A stretch of DNA of 64,000 bases from Trichoplax adhaerens (taxonomy: Eukaryota; Animalia; Placozoa). The notes below the pieces were generated by a model. That model had not been told where the DNA came from. It did not search any database and saw only the letters and a program-made list of their open reading frames with translations. A program made the position numbers and the translations under genes. How positions within the stretch are numbered: the stretch's first letter is position 1; each line of letters opens with the position of its first letter. The stretch is taken from positions 1,238,280-1,302,279 of the forward strand of contig NW_002060956.1 of the NCBI RefSeq assembly GCF_000150275.1, read 5' to 3'. Shown here one piece after another: positions 1 to 14,246 of the stretch.

Positions 1-13
1 AAAGTTTTACACA

Positions 14-690
14 TACTGTACTGTACAGTACTGTACAGTATTCGTACAGTACAGTATTCGTACAGTACAGTACTGTACTGTACAGTACGGTAGTGACGCC
101 TGTGACATCATGAAAAGGGGCAGGACTTGTAGATCATGTGCAACTTTTGTGAGGTCAGTAGGTCAGTATTATTTCGCTACCAACCTATCACAGTCTTACT
201 ACCTGGTCACGCGGTGGTAATATTGAGTTCTGCGAAAATAATAATAATAATAAGCTGGAAAACAATTAACAAATATAATACTGGGCGGAAAGCACAACGA
301 ACAATATCATTGTTCGAAGTCTAATGACCAATAAACCAATAACCATGTCTGTACAGACAGTACAGTACAAAGGAGGGGTCAATGGTCAATTGGTCATTAG
401 TCATTCTCAAAGCTCAATGTTACTTTGTATGACTCAGTGCGTACAGTACCGTATTGAACCCTACAGTAGACTATTACAGTACTGTACAGTACAATGTACT
501 GTACATAGTACAGTACTGTACTGTACTGTATAATTAATTATATTATTAGTAGCCTTTGTTTGATAGCCTTTGTTTGAAGCAAGCAAGGCAAACTATACAG
601 TACTTGGACTGTACTGTACGGTACAGTACTGTACTGTACTGTACAATGTACAGTGTACAGTAGTTGGTGTACTGTACTGTACTGTAATGA
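14..690. repeat. ACTGT/ACAGT pentamer-rich low-complexity tract with short direct repeats
   Basis: Many TACTGTACAGTA-type palindromic runs at 14-90, 440-530 and 595-690; a 14-bp direct repeat tagcctttgtttga x2 at ~550-577; ggtcaat-like heptamer run at ~377-405. Confidence 0.75.
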
Positions 691-3600
691 AACCTGAAAG
701 CTTATTTATTTTTACAAGTCCATAGTCCAGGCTCAGAGGCCAGGCCGCGGCAGCTGTCCACTATGCCAGATCCTTATGCTACCATCACATATGCACATTA
801 ACTAAAGCAAATCTTATTCGTCTTTATTCGTATTTACAATCACAGTTGTGGTTGGAAAAAATTTCGATGACTTCCTCGATGGCTTCACAGTTCATAGTCC
901 AGTAAATCCCACGGATAGTTGTTTGCCCGAAGGTCACTTTACTTTAGGCTTGTGGGCGATTAAAAATAAAAAACAAATAACAATAATCATATATTACACT
1001 ACAAATATATATACAGTACAATATACCCGCATCAAAAATAATGTAAAGGTTATTTTCTTTTTATTCTTCAAGTACTGTATACAGTGTATATACTGTATAG
1101 ATATATACAGTATATTTGCGCAAGTACCGCAGATTAACTTGTTTGGAAATGAGTGGCATACGCTGGGCGTGTACGTGTATATCATGTACTGTATATCAAC
1201 AAGTAGAGAGAATGTCAAGGAAAAGAGAGAAAAGGAGTAAAAGTACGTATACAGTTGTAGCAATACACCGACAAGTGACAATTTATGCAGATATGTCATC
1301 GCGACGTAAATTTCTTGATCGTAAAGTTCCCCTCATAAAATCAATTTAATTTACCTTTCTTCTTCCTTGACATTCTGGCTACCTATTGGCGTTTGATGCT
1401 AGATCATTCCTTAATATCAGCGTACGATGACTAAGGATATACGAATACATTATAAAACTCTCGCAGTACTGTACTCCAGTACCGTATTAAATCCAAGCTG
1501 CTTAGAGAAATCGCTAGCTTAGTGATCAGTTTTTTTTCTTAATTCTCAATTTAAATAATAAACTTAACAATTATATTTACTAGTGTTAATAGAACTATAA
1601 AGTAGCTTTGTAACTGATAGCCTAATACGAGTATCATTATATACTGCAATTTCTCTGTATCATTAGAATACAGTCTTTGCATGAAATAAATGGCTTTAAC
1701 CTTGGATTCGCGCCGTCACTTCTCCTTTACAGAAAATTAAAAAGATTCAAATCACTGTAAATCATGCTATTTCTGGCAATCTAGCATAATGGAACGGACG
1801 TGCGTTATTTTTAGTATGGCTGTTATGATGCCTTGCCACAGAGAGTATAAAAGGAGCGAGCTCACAACGACTAGGGAGTTCCGAAATTCAGTAGTCATAA
1901 AGGCTAGTCAAGTAACACAATAAATATATAATAAACTAACTTTCTAGCTGAATACTTTTCGAGCAATTGATTACCTATACGTACCCCGCGTGTATTAGGA
2001 TATTAGTTATTAGAGGAGTTGACCGTTCACAAAGAAGAAATTTGTGACAACGGCAAATACAGTTCTATATAGCAAATATGCTCAAACACACAAAGTTCAA
2101 CGTGTGGGATCTCCCTGAGCGACATATGCTATGATTATTCAGTATTTCAGCGATAAACATCTCTAAATTCAGTAATTTCTCATGCGCTTTAAAAGTCTCT
2201 TTAACTGCCGTACGCTTTATTCTCAAAGCTTGGCAGCCGATATAGCTTACAGCATTTCCTTAACTTTCTAAAGATTTGACTGCGAACTACCATTCTGTAG
2301 TATCGAATACTTTGTATTTATCAAGATACAGCTAGGTAGACGCGCTTGTGGTTGCTATTGTGATTGGTTTGGACAGGAAAACAATCCAATATTAGCTTTA
2401 TGCATCTATCTATGTACTTTTAAAAAGAGTCGGTAACTTGCTCACACAGATTGTATCAGCATCGCAATGTAACTAGATTTGAAACACGCATTTTCAAATC
2501 AACGGAAGTAGTAGGCCCTAATAATAGAGAATTAACGTCGAATGCGTAATTCATACACATACATTTTATCTATCCAATAAAGCAATAAAGTTCAATTCAA
2601 TGATCAAATATTCAATAAATCTCGATTATCTTCAGCGCTCTTGCCTCAGGTACGAGTAAAAGCTGGCAATTGTAAATGCCTTTGATATTACGGCTACAAT
2701 ACTTTCTCCGATATTCAATTAGAATCAACACAAATTATTCCTGCCGTCCTGGCTGGATAATATAAGTGTAAGATACGAATAAAAAGATATATTTGATAAA
2801 TTGAATTGTGCTGCATTGAAATCATTGAGTTCTCTCTTTTCGTTAGTGTAATTTTATACCGGGTGCGATATTTAGTAATATAAACTTTTAAGCCATTTAA
2901 GGTTATACGAGTAAATAAGGAAATAAATTAATGTTTGGTAAGCATTTTAATTCTCTCGACTTAGAAAAACTATACAACACATATGTCACCATATACGTAC
3001 ATTTGCTGCAGGAGTATGCCTTATCTCCTGGATTATACTAGATGATACTCAAATATGATGTCGCATGCAGGCAAGTTGCCATGTGCACGAAAAGTATTGT
3101 AACTAGAAATAGAAATTAACGTAGATGCTACAATAACAAGATGAAGATTAATGTGGTACGGTATAAAGTAACTATCTACTTCCTTATATTGGTATTACAT
3201 TCCAAGAACTAGATCACTGATCCCGTGGAACTTTCTAAACCATTAGTTGTGTAAACTTGTGTTACTAATATGAAGTGAATAGTGAATTAAGTCAATTGTT
3301 CAGTTACATAAGAGCATTCATTACTTCCGTATTAATATGATAGCGATTATAAGTATCTAGATTTCGATACATCCTACTCTAGTCCAGCTAATTAATATAA
3401 TTATACGCCTAAATAAATAAAAAAATCACTCAATGAAAGCCTAATTAAATTCATTAGATTTGTACAGTAAAAATGTCTCCAAGTTAATACGGATATTGAT
3501 TAAACGTAATTGCAGCAGTTCTGGTTTAAAAATGTGCTAGTAGTATGGAGTAAAGAAGTCTGTGACGTAGATTAGTTGGTTGTACAGTAATTAAATGAAG

Positions 3601-4395
3601 CAATTGTAGATTATTTCTGGTATAATGAAGTGTATGGCATATTACAGATTTGCTTTATTTCCAATAACTCAAATTTTCAGTGAGCAGATTATGAATTCTA
3701 GAGGTTAAAAACCCATCCATTACAATATGACAGAACTTTGATTTCTTGTTAAATTTCATTTCATTACATACAGTACAATATTACAATCTAAGCAGCAAAC
3801 ATACAGCCTTGTAATCTACTTTTAGGGCAACACTGCAGCTTACATCATTAAACTATCTGGTATATGGGACGAATCGCTCATATCGTACAAGTAAAATACT
3901 ATTACCTATTATTTTCAAGTCTTTATAGAAAAACTGGTACTATATTAGTAAATCTATGCCCAATTAGATGATAACATCAGGATCAAGTTAAAGAAGCGGC
4001 ACTTGTACCGCATTCTATTACCTGAGACGATAAATGTTTACTATCGTACTAATATCATTGTAGATGTAATCATTAGCATATTATTCACGAAAAAGCTAAA
4101 TTAACATTACAATTAGCTTTTTATTTACTTAGTGCAATACTATAGAGCTTATTCAATTCTATTCTTTTAATGATCTGAAACTCCCTAGGTAGCGGTCCTT
4201 TAGAGATCATTTCGCCTTAAGCTGCGTAATGGGAGAACAAATACTACCAAAGTAGCGCATACTAGTTGTTAATTCTTACTAAGTTGAAGCTATCGAAGGG
4301 TGTGAGATCGTAAATACACTTAGAGGTGCAAGTTCAGAAAGCCTCTGTTAGAAAACGGAAATCAACTCAAATTCTACTCTACTTCTGCTCTAATC

Positions 4396-7300
4396 ATGGT
4401 AGTTCTATCCGAAAGTTATACAGAACTTGCCTTCGTTAAAGGACTGAAATCGCTCCATAAATTTACTTCACAAATCTTAGCGACTTTGCGTAGCTACATC
4501 GAAAAGAGTGAACATTTCTCTACAGACATCCAAGATTTATACGATAAGCCCTTAGATAACGATCTTAAGGTAACTAGCGCACAACAGATGCAAATAGATA
4601 AACTATTTAAGACTCTGTTAGCATTACAGTACTTATGTCATCAAATCGAACTTTCTGCGTTATTGATCTTGATTATTAATGCTCAACTACTCGCTGATTA
4701 GTTCTTAATTTATGCCTGTCTTAAGATAAAGATGATCTCTATTAAAATAGATTTAGTTAGCGTCATCACACTTACAGAAAATTACTCAGAACTTGATTTC
4801 TAAAGCGTAACAAGCAATCAGTTATGATCATTAACTAGTATGAACTTTCATTAACATTTCATTACCTCATTCTTCGCTGAGTATGAAAAGCTTCGTTCAA
4901 TTTTAGGATTAAAATCTAGCATCAAAGGAAGGTACATATCATCAGTTTTTCGGAATGTTATGACGTCTTACTAATACGTTCATGATGTGGTGCTCATAAG
5001 TAATTAAAGTTAGTTAAATCTATTGTTATCAGTAGAAAATATCGACTGAAAAGAGAGGAATGACATCAAGAAGCATTAATTCGTGACCGTTAATAAATGC
5101 TATAAGCTTCCATCTCAGTCAATCGAAAGTAAATTTTCGTGCAAGTTCAAAGTTGAAACTTCAAATAACTCATATGTCGGCACGGAAGTGTGATACGAAA
5201 AAATGATGCTATTGGACCTGAATAGAACTTACAAATGCATCGCAACCGTTGCAAGCGAAATAATGAATTAAAAATCATAGTTTTAAATTTCTCAAAAGAG
5301 GACTTTACGGTATATGGCCATCAGCTACGACCTTTTGTGTAGATAGCACAAATAATACTGCATGTCTACATCATTTCATCAAACCACTCATTATCTACTA
5401 TTACTTTATTAGCACAACTAATTATGCTATGTCACATAGTATTTACCGTGCATCAAGTTACAATATATATTTATATATAAACTTTCAAAGCACTACTGTA
5501 AAATATAATTCGCTGAAATTACTACAACACGGTGTATATTAACCCTTATCAAGTAAAAGCTTTTACCAGAAGAACTATGTAACATTATGATCTTATATAG
5601 AAGATGCCTAGTATAGTAATATCCTAATATACGAATACTTATCATATACCGTTTAAGTACTGTATTGTATTACATTCATAATGTACGACATCATGACCAC
5701 ATATAGACGACATGCTATACATATAAAGACACTATCTCAATCCCATCTAAAACCTATAAATACCCTTGTACGCTAACTCGTTAGTCAGTTCCTTACGTTC
5801 CTGCTATCTCAAATACCTTATCTATAACAACCATATCATTGTTAGCCTGTAACTTGTATCTCAATAAAATCCTTTATACCTTCTATCATCGTCTACCTTA
5901 AAATACCTTACGCTACTTAAAGAAGATATTATTACAAACTATATTAGTATTTATCGTAGAAAAGAAGTACGTAGCGTACTTTACCATCATATTTTTACTG
6001 CAAAAATTACAATATGAATAGCCAGAGAATATTATTAAGGCCATACAAATAAGTAATATTGATTTCGATTTATTTATTTTTCGAAAATAAGAAAACTTCT
6101 GTCCATTATATATAGAAACTTTTCAGTTATCATACACTGTATTGCCAGTACACGTCTCTTAAATTTTGCATCTATAGAATTTGATCTTAGCTTTCAACAC
6201 CGTAATTTACACATTTTGCTTCATTTCGATGGTAAGCAACGTATTGATATGGTTGTGCCAGATCCTTCTGTAATTTCTCTCAGAATTTGCTGGGTAATAA
6301 TAGGGAATAACTCTTTATAATCGGTATTAGTGAGAATGATACTATGTAGATGATACAGTACATTTCATAAGTAAGTTTATTCACGCAAATTGTACATTTT
6401 ATGCTTTAAATCATACATATTTTATTAGATATTTCAATATCTAACTGTACCGAATAAACTGAGAGTTAGATATAGTAGTATCATGTATCTGGATCATTAG
6501 CTCTCTACGGACTCTGCATACTCGTATTTGCAATTTATCATACAGAGACAAGAAATACCTTAGTTGACAATAAATATCATATTTCCTTGGAGCAACTCAA
6601 ACGCAATTATAGGTGATTTTTAACACAGCTGTTTATAAGAACTATACCGTTAAAATAATGATCAGAATCATTACGGTTATTAAGCAACTACTGTACTGTA
6701 TAATTTCAGGGTGGGCTAATACAATATCTAGTTTTTACATTACCTTTGATACATATCATCAGACTGACAATGGCATGACAAGATGTGCAGTTGTGTACTG
6801 TATTTATTGTCAATATAGCCTTATTATAATAACCAAGTTATGCTTATTATGATATTTTAGTTCTATCAAAACTTTCACTGATAGAATCACTTCTAATATC
6901 ATGCTAAAATAGTAGGCAATTTTAAGATATTCACCTCTAAACATTGTATTGATATGACTAAAGATCTTACAGGATCAATCAGCAAAGACACTTCGATCCA
7001 TGATAAACAGCGTTAGTCGACGTAATGAGGCTTTACAGAGTCAGTGGGAAGAAATGAAGGAAGTTGATAAAGAGCTGCAAGCGATAATTCAAAAAATAAA
7101 GGATTATCAAAAAGAAGTAAATAACCATTACGCTGAATTACATCACAAACATCAAAGCCTTTATGAAGATTATAAGGACAAGAGAGAGCAATTAATACAA
7201 ATCCGTGAAAGTTTAATCGGACAGATGTATATATCCGAAACTCGCTGCATGGTAAAGTCAGCAAAAAATCAATTTGAGAAATTATTAAAGGACTATCATG

Positions 7301-10300
7301 CATTCAATAACGAGGTCGTTGTATCTGAGCTAACTTTGGAAATTGGAAAACACCAACAAGAACATATTTTTACTGATTTGTTTGAGCAACTACAAGTTTA
7401 TCGCAATGCTTTAATGGCTAAATGGTAAGATATTTGCTTTTAAAGGCTGTCTATGTAAGCCATATTCATTTAAACAGAAATATCTGTAATAAATACTAAC
7501 TGTAAGCAAGGACAAAAATTATTCTAATTCGATTTTGATAATTAAAAATTAATTATCAAGACTTCATTGTGCTCCATGACAATTGCACTTAGAGATTAAA
7601 TTCGATCTACTTCTTAATACTATAATGAAGTATTCAGACTGCGTTGTTATAGTTTCATTCGTTGTAGAGCTTGAGAGTTTACCTTTGCTTTACTTTACGT
7701 TGGATGTAGGAATACCAATTTAGACAAATTTTGCAGTACGCTTGATTCACCTTTTTTTTCTAATCAAGAAATATTCATAAGACAAGATACGTAAGTTATA
7801 AGAGCTTTCAAATTAGCAATATTATGCAATTACATTCTTACAATATTTTATTTCTTAATTTGAATGTTTCTATTGGCGTGCGCAATTTCTGTTCTGTAAT
7901 TTTAGAAACGAGAATGAAAATAGCTACGATACAGATTCCGTTCAAAATTCCGCTGGGGATGACACTTCTACTATTAGGTAAAATAGTAATTCATTTCTTG
8001 TGACTATTTTCACAAAAATTATTCATTTATGCAATGGATACAGTATATTCTGCAATACTTAATGAAAGAATTAGCATTACTCGAGCTTCAGGATTAAAAA
8101 TTTTCGTAGATTAAAAGTATTTAGATCTATAACCTTACTACAGTGTAGGTATCCATATAGCAAAACACTAGTATCTTTCATGCGGCTGGCCTTGACCTAG
8201 CCACCCTATTTTATCTTGAAAGATAGCTATTTTTAAACTATATCAATATTATTATAAACTATGCTTAATCGTTTCCCTATCACCAGTAATTACAACACAT
8301 AAATGGATTTATGTTGATATTGACAGACAAAACTACTTAAAGGCAAAATTTCTTTTTCCACATGATACCGACGATATTGATATCGATTCAATATATAAAA
8401 TTAACGTATTCCGAATACATTTAGTTATAATTTCTTCAGCCCTACGTATAACCCTACTTACTTTATATCTGGGTGATAATCTTTCAACTTTATCAGTTCA
8501 CTTTGCTCAAGTTATTCTATTATTAGCTAGCATGTCCAATAGTAGGGTGCTTTACGGTATATCATAGCTAGGAATTACTACCATACAATAGCTACTTCAT
8601 TACTAATATTTCTTGTTTTTAGATCTGATCAATCGCCTAGATTGGGTAAAAACGATAAGCTAGCATATGTACAGGCCGAGCCGACGTCCAATTTGAGATT
8701 AACTAATGTGAATACTAATACAGAGGGACTTGAATATTGGAACAAAAAGAAATTAGAAAAGGAATTTCCATCGACAGAAAATTCCGATAGTCTTTATGAT
8801 GACTACAAACTGACTGCAAGATATTTTAATAAACATATCTATGACCCTATTATATCCCCAAGGCAAGAGGAATCGCCTTACTGGAATCGTCAAGATTTAG
8901 TTCTGGCAATACAACGCAGCCAAGAGTAAGTTTAAAAATTGCGCGTCTGGTATTTAAATTTATCGTCAATAATATTTTATTCTGGTTTCTGTTTTCTTAT
9001 ATCATATTATGTCAATTTGATAAATATTTATAGAGCAAATAGACTGGGAGTTAAGATTATTTCGCTGTTAAGTTCTTTATCCATCAACGATTTCACTCTT
9101 TCTTCATTAAAGGAATTGTGAGTATTACTTTCCGTTATCGTACCTTTAGAAGTATTATGTCAAATAGATTAAACGATAAATATAAAAAGGAGCATTTAAA
9201 TCAAAATCAATATATTACCCTTATTGTTAATCACTAAAGATGTGCAGATATGCGAAAGAAAACCCTCGAAGTAGCCTACCCCGAGGTAAATAATACAGTT
9301 TGAATTAAAATCGAAACATAGTGGAAATAAACTACTATATTTGAAAGTAAAATGGATTGACTTCCTCGCTGCCATTTGAAAGGCCCTTTCATAAAATTAA
9401 ATCTAGTACATACTCTCTTATAAAATTCTATCAAAGCCACTTTAGCCCATATCACGATATCTACCCAGCTTGCATGAAAGTGTTTAAGCGTATTTTTCTT
9501 GTTAACTATTACAGTACTATATTTCTACTAGTTCCATATTTTGTTTAGTGAAAATTGCAAATTGTAGCCTACGAAAGTTACTCCTTTGACTATAATTGTA
9601 GTTATTCTATTTCGACCATTTTTACATACCAGTCTGAGAAAAATAACCACATCTTAGAAATAATTGATAGAAATCTGATATTCTTGGTAATCGCTCTAAA
9701 CAGGTGTATTCATTGCATATCTTGCAATAATATAAGTTTAGCATTCATATGTACTTACTTGTTTACAGGTCATTTATTTCGATAAATTTGCAGACCTTCG
9801 AGATTATATGGTTAATTTTGATACGATTTGTAAATAAGTTCATTTAGTTACCTTTCAATTGAATAATAACGACTTAACTGGATCATACGCCAATTCATAC
9901 GTAGAAGTTGCCTTATATCACGGACACGAAAATTGATAATAATTATCTTACGTCATATTAAAGAACAATCGATCTATTTAATAGTTAAGTTATAAATGTC
10001 CTTCATATGATTTTATCCTATTTTTTATCGTTGTATGCAAACATTTACAAGATTACTGCCACGATCAAGAAATTGGATGATATAAAAGCTGAATTATCCG
10101 AACCAGATTTCGGCGCAAATGGATCTTTGCAGTCCATGTAAGCTAAGGATAATTAAAAATGATTTAGAAGCTTTGCTATTTGCATTTCTCCTAAATTGTA
10201 GTAACAGTTTACAGTATAATAGTAGATTCGTGATTAATTTGATATAATTAGCAATAGATATAGTAAAGATATCGTAATACAGTAAATCGTCAATTGTAGT

Positions 10301-13300
10301 AATAATACTATAGTAGAATGTATAAGATTGATATTTATACGGTACCGGTATATTTTAGAGAAAATTAGATTTTGATCGAATGCCAATATAACGGCTATTT
10401 ACTTAATTTTAGATTAAATTATGAAACCGAGCTGAAAATTCATCTCGAAAAATCGAAAGTTAAACATTATGAGGAAATTTGTGATTTAATCGAGGAGAAG
10501 ATAAACAACGGTGAGTTTCTCCTTTTTGTATACCACAAACAATGAACAAGTAATTATCGATTTATATAGGTAATAATTTTCTATGCTAATATTCATCTAT
10601 ATGTATCTGATGTTAGTTGAAGAACCAAAGGCAATTTTGTTCTACGAATCGGATGTAATAAAAGCCTGGGAAGACTTACACAGTCGTGAAAAGAGATTTT
10701 TAAGCGACCAATCCGTAAAAGCTTGTCCTGAATTACCGGAAGTAATTGTAAGTACGATTTACGTATACTTTGTAATTAACTAGAAGAAATTTACCCTCTT
10801 AACATTGGGTTTTAATAGATATATCCTAGAATTATAGATATAACTTCCCTTAACTGAATTTCAAAAAAAATACGTTGCACTTTAATTTAAATAGCAGATT
10901 GCTGTAGAACTGTATATCAAGTATAATTAGTCCAAGCTAATAAGAAACAATCTATCAACTACTTTAAAGTTTGCGTTATATATCACGCAAGCATGCAAAC
11001 CAAAACCAAGTATCAAATGAGAGATCATTTTTAATACATAAGCGAAAAATTCTTCTTTATCTAAATATATTTGTGAATCTAGAAAACTACACTTTCAATG
11101 TTAAGATAATTGCAAAATCGAGTAATGGTAACTCAATGGATCATGCCATATTCATCATAATTTCGTTCCAGAGCGTTCCATCTAACATAACGGTTAACTT
11201 GGTAGATAAACTAATAACCGATGTTTTCGTTAATAGTGTAATTATCTTTACTGAAATTTAGAGAAAGCCTTACTTTTGGGGGAATATACAAGAAAATGAA
11301 GTGGCAGAGTTGGGTAGATTAAATGATGGCAAGTACCTTATAAAATGGTCTGACACAGCACAAGGAAAGAAACAAAATGAATACGTAACAAACTTACGTT
11401 TATATCTAACTCCTGGAAGAATATCTACGTTTACGAAATTTGTTATTTATGGCAACGAGACAAAGGTACTACTGTATTGGCAATCTGAGATATTTGTCGA
11501 TTTTTAAGGTTTTTTAATTTCAAACTGCGAGAATCTTGTAAAGTAATATTATTGTTGACAGAAAGCTGAAGTAGGTATGACTTGAGTCGAACCTATACAG
11601 GCGATCGCATATAAATATTATTTATCGAAATTTTTGAATAATAAAACGAAATAATAGATAATCCTAAATAAAGTATATTCTTAAGTAAATTTATAAATTG
11701 TTTTAAATGCTACTAAAATTGTCTTTCTACAATAGGGCTATTGGATCGTAAAGAAACCGACAACATACTTCCCTACCATCCAAGAACTGATTGAACATTA
11801 TTCTAAAGGTGGAGGGACGCTAACGGAAAAAAATTTGTCCCTAATATCACCGATCGATAATTACCATCGTGCAGTGTGCGAACACTACTGTCTTACAAAA
11901 AAATCTGGCTATTTTATTAGAGAAGGGCTATATCGTAAAAAAAATGAACAAACTCACGTAGCTGTTACTGAAGTTACAAAACACAGCTCTGAAGACTTGA
12001 TGAGTGAATTTCGTGCTATTCGATCAAACACTCGTCAAGATAACCTTATACAAGTGCTAGATATCTTGGTAACTGATTACCAATTTAAGATTATCAGTGA
12101 ATTTAAGAAAGGCATCAAGCTCTCAGAATATTTAAGGGAACAGAAAGGTTGGTATTTAGTGTTATTTTAATCCCATTTAAAATTAAGCCTACACAAAATA
12201 GATATATCACGATAGCGAAAGTTGACAATATTTCTATAGTTTACATTAATTTGCTTTCTTGAATAATTTTTTACTCCTTTAATCAGTAAATAAATAAATA
12301 TGGTCATTTATTAGATTTAACATAAATGTATGTCAGTGTGAAAGCAATGAATTTTAGAACCAGATAATTTTGTTATTAACTCCCACCGCCATTATTTGGT
12401 CATCATTATAGATCAACTAGGTAATTTAGAATTGCTGGACATAAGCAAGCAGGTCGCCAATGGTCTAGCTCACTTGCACGAATTGAAATGTATTCACGGT
12501 CGATTGAAGGCTAGAAGTTGCCTGTTTAACATAGATACCAAGCTAGTTAAAATCACTGGCTTCGGAACCTATAAATGTGAGTACTAAAATGAGCACTTTA
12601 CAATAATTGATGGAGAAATAAACGGATTCACTTATAGGTGGAACACACGATCTGTTCTAAAATCTGCTAAATGTCAAACGGGAATGATTTATTAAGGAGC
12701 TTTCGATCAAGCAAAATTACTCCTATTGCAGCATATACTTTTGATAACAGCAAATAATAAGTCTATTATTACAAGAGAAGAGCATCGATTTACAATTAAA
12801 TACTATTTAGTTGATTAAATTATGCAGTTATTGACAATAATCGGATTGCAAAAGATCACAGACAAAACTCCTACATATTATTCGGGGTTAGAGTGCTGCA
12901 TTATCTAATAATGCAACAAATTTTATGTTACTATGGCGCTATAAAATTGATAGCAGGGTATTAAATTAAACTGTCTAGAATATTAAATTGACCATAAAAA
13001 TTATCAAACAAGTTGATTTACAATGTTTTAGATTCCAGATAGAGCAGGTTCAGTAGGTGATATAAGTCATAGCAAAGCTTTGTCTTTAGTAATTGGTAAT
13101 ATCTCAAGTTTAAAATAATCAAAATAACGCGCACAGGTTAAAGTATAAAAGAGAATAAATATTAAGCGTAGCCTAAAAGAAACTAGTAGCCACTTATGTC
13201 TTACCAACAGTGCTACCGGCTAGTGTTAACAACTATTTCTGTTGAACTACAGTCCATATCCATGACATAGCGTAAGTAATTGTCTATTATAGTCTACCGA

Positions 13301-14246
13301 TAGCGGAAATCTGTATGAGAAGTTCAGTAATTCATGGAAGCTAGAATCTGTATGTATTAAGCTACGATAAACATCGAGATATCAATAGAAGGACTTATTT
13401 CACCTGGATTAGACAGATAGTGAGGAAGTTATGAGAAAAATTTATTAATACATGGAAGCAAGTAGCAAGTTAGACCTCTATAAACTTCTGCAGTAAAGCT
13501 GCGATACTTAAATTCTTTCCATTAACTTCATTAGAAGATATGATAGACTCCTTAATGTTTGTAATAATACAACTATTTTATCCTTCGTCTTAACTTTTAA
13601 TATTATCTATTTTGCCGTTAGTATCCAATAAAAACTTTACCTTCTGTAATCGCAATTTGCAATGCACTTGTCGCACTATATTTCTCTAAGACAAACAAAT
13701 ACGCATAGAGTTGTGAGACTAACGTCTCGACATCACAGTGTTTGTCACTTTAACCTCACTCGCTCTGACCAATACATACTTGTGGAAATTGGATAAAATT
13801 GTTAAAAACTATATAAGTTTGATTACGCGAATTATCACCATCGAATTCCGATTCTTAATTATTTTCTGTTTAATGTAGTCATGTCTAAACAAGAGCTAGA
13901 ATCCATTAAGGAACTTCGATGGATATCGCCCGAAGTTTTATTAGATAATGAATTCTCAGTAGAATCCGATCGATGGAGCTTTGGTATAACCTGGTGGGAA
14001 ATATTTAACTTTGGCACGTTACCCTATTACCACTATAAAGACGATACACAAAAAATTCAACGAGAGATAGCAGCGAAAAAATTCCCTGAAAGGACTGACA
14101 GGATGAACAAAAATTATTATGAATTCGTACAGTTATGTTGCGATAAACATAAAGAGAATCGAATAACTATTCAAGCTATTGTCAATAGCTTGCAAAATTG
14201 TGATCCAGATGCTCCAAATTTTGCAATTACTCAATTCAAGTTTTAA
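4396..14246 (+). CDS. Fes/Fer-like non-receptor tyrosine pseudokinase (N-terminal coiled coil/F-BAR-like, degenerate SH2, kinase fold), multi-exon
   Basis: Phase-compatible GT-AG exons: 4396-4569, 6973-7424, 7710-7790, 7906-7977, 8623-8925, 9034-9117, 9248-9285, [unresolved ~9770-9990], ~10052-10137, 10413-10510, 10616-10747, 11262-11465, 11736-12147, 12412-12576, 13879-14246. SH2 signature PYFWGNI..DGKYLIKWS..FPTIQELIEHY. TK subdomains: DISKQVANGLAHLHELKCIHGRLKARSCL, VKITGFG, LRWISPEVL, SDRWSFGITWWEIFNFGTLPY. Helical N-terminus plus SH2 directly abutting the kinase is the Fes/Fer layout; that family assignment is inference. Confidence 0.8.
4760..4910 (+). pseudogene. Degenerate tandem copy of kinase exon 1 (pseudo-exon)
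   Basis: acttacagaaaattactcagaacttgatttctaa (LTENYSELDF*) aligns with exon 1 ctatccgaaagttatacagaacttgccttcgttaaa (LSESYTELAFVK), but has an in-frame stop. Confidence 0.5.

Noticed and set aside
136-1349. Short ORFs rich in TVQY/YCTV
   Set aside because: Products of the ACTGT/ACAGT low-complexity tract; I could not build a coherent exon chain.
1846-1853. TATAAAAG TATA-box candidate for the kinase gene
   Set aside because: It lies 2.5 kb from the ATG in AT-rich DNA; unsupported without TSS data.
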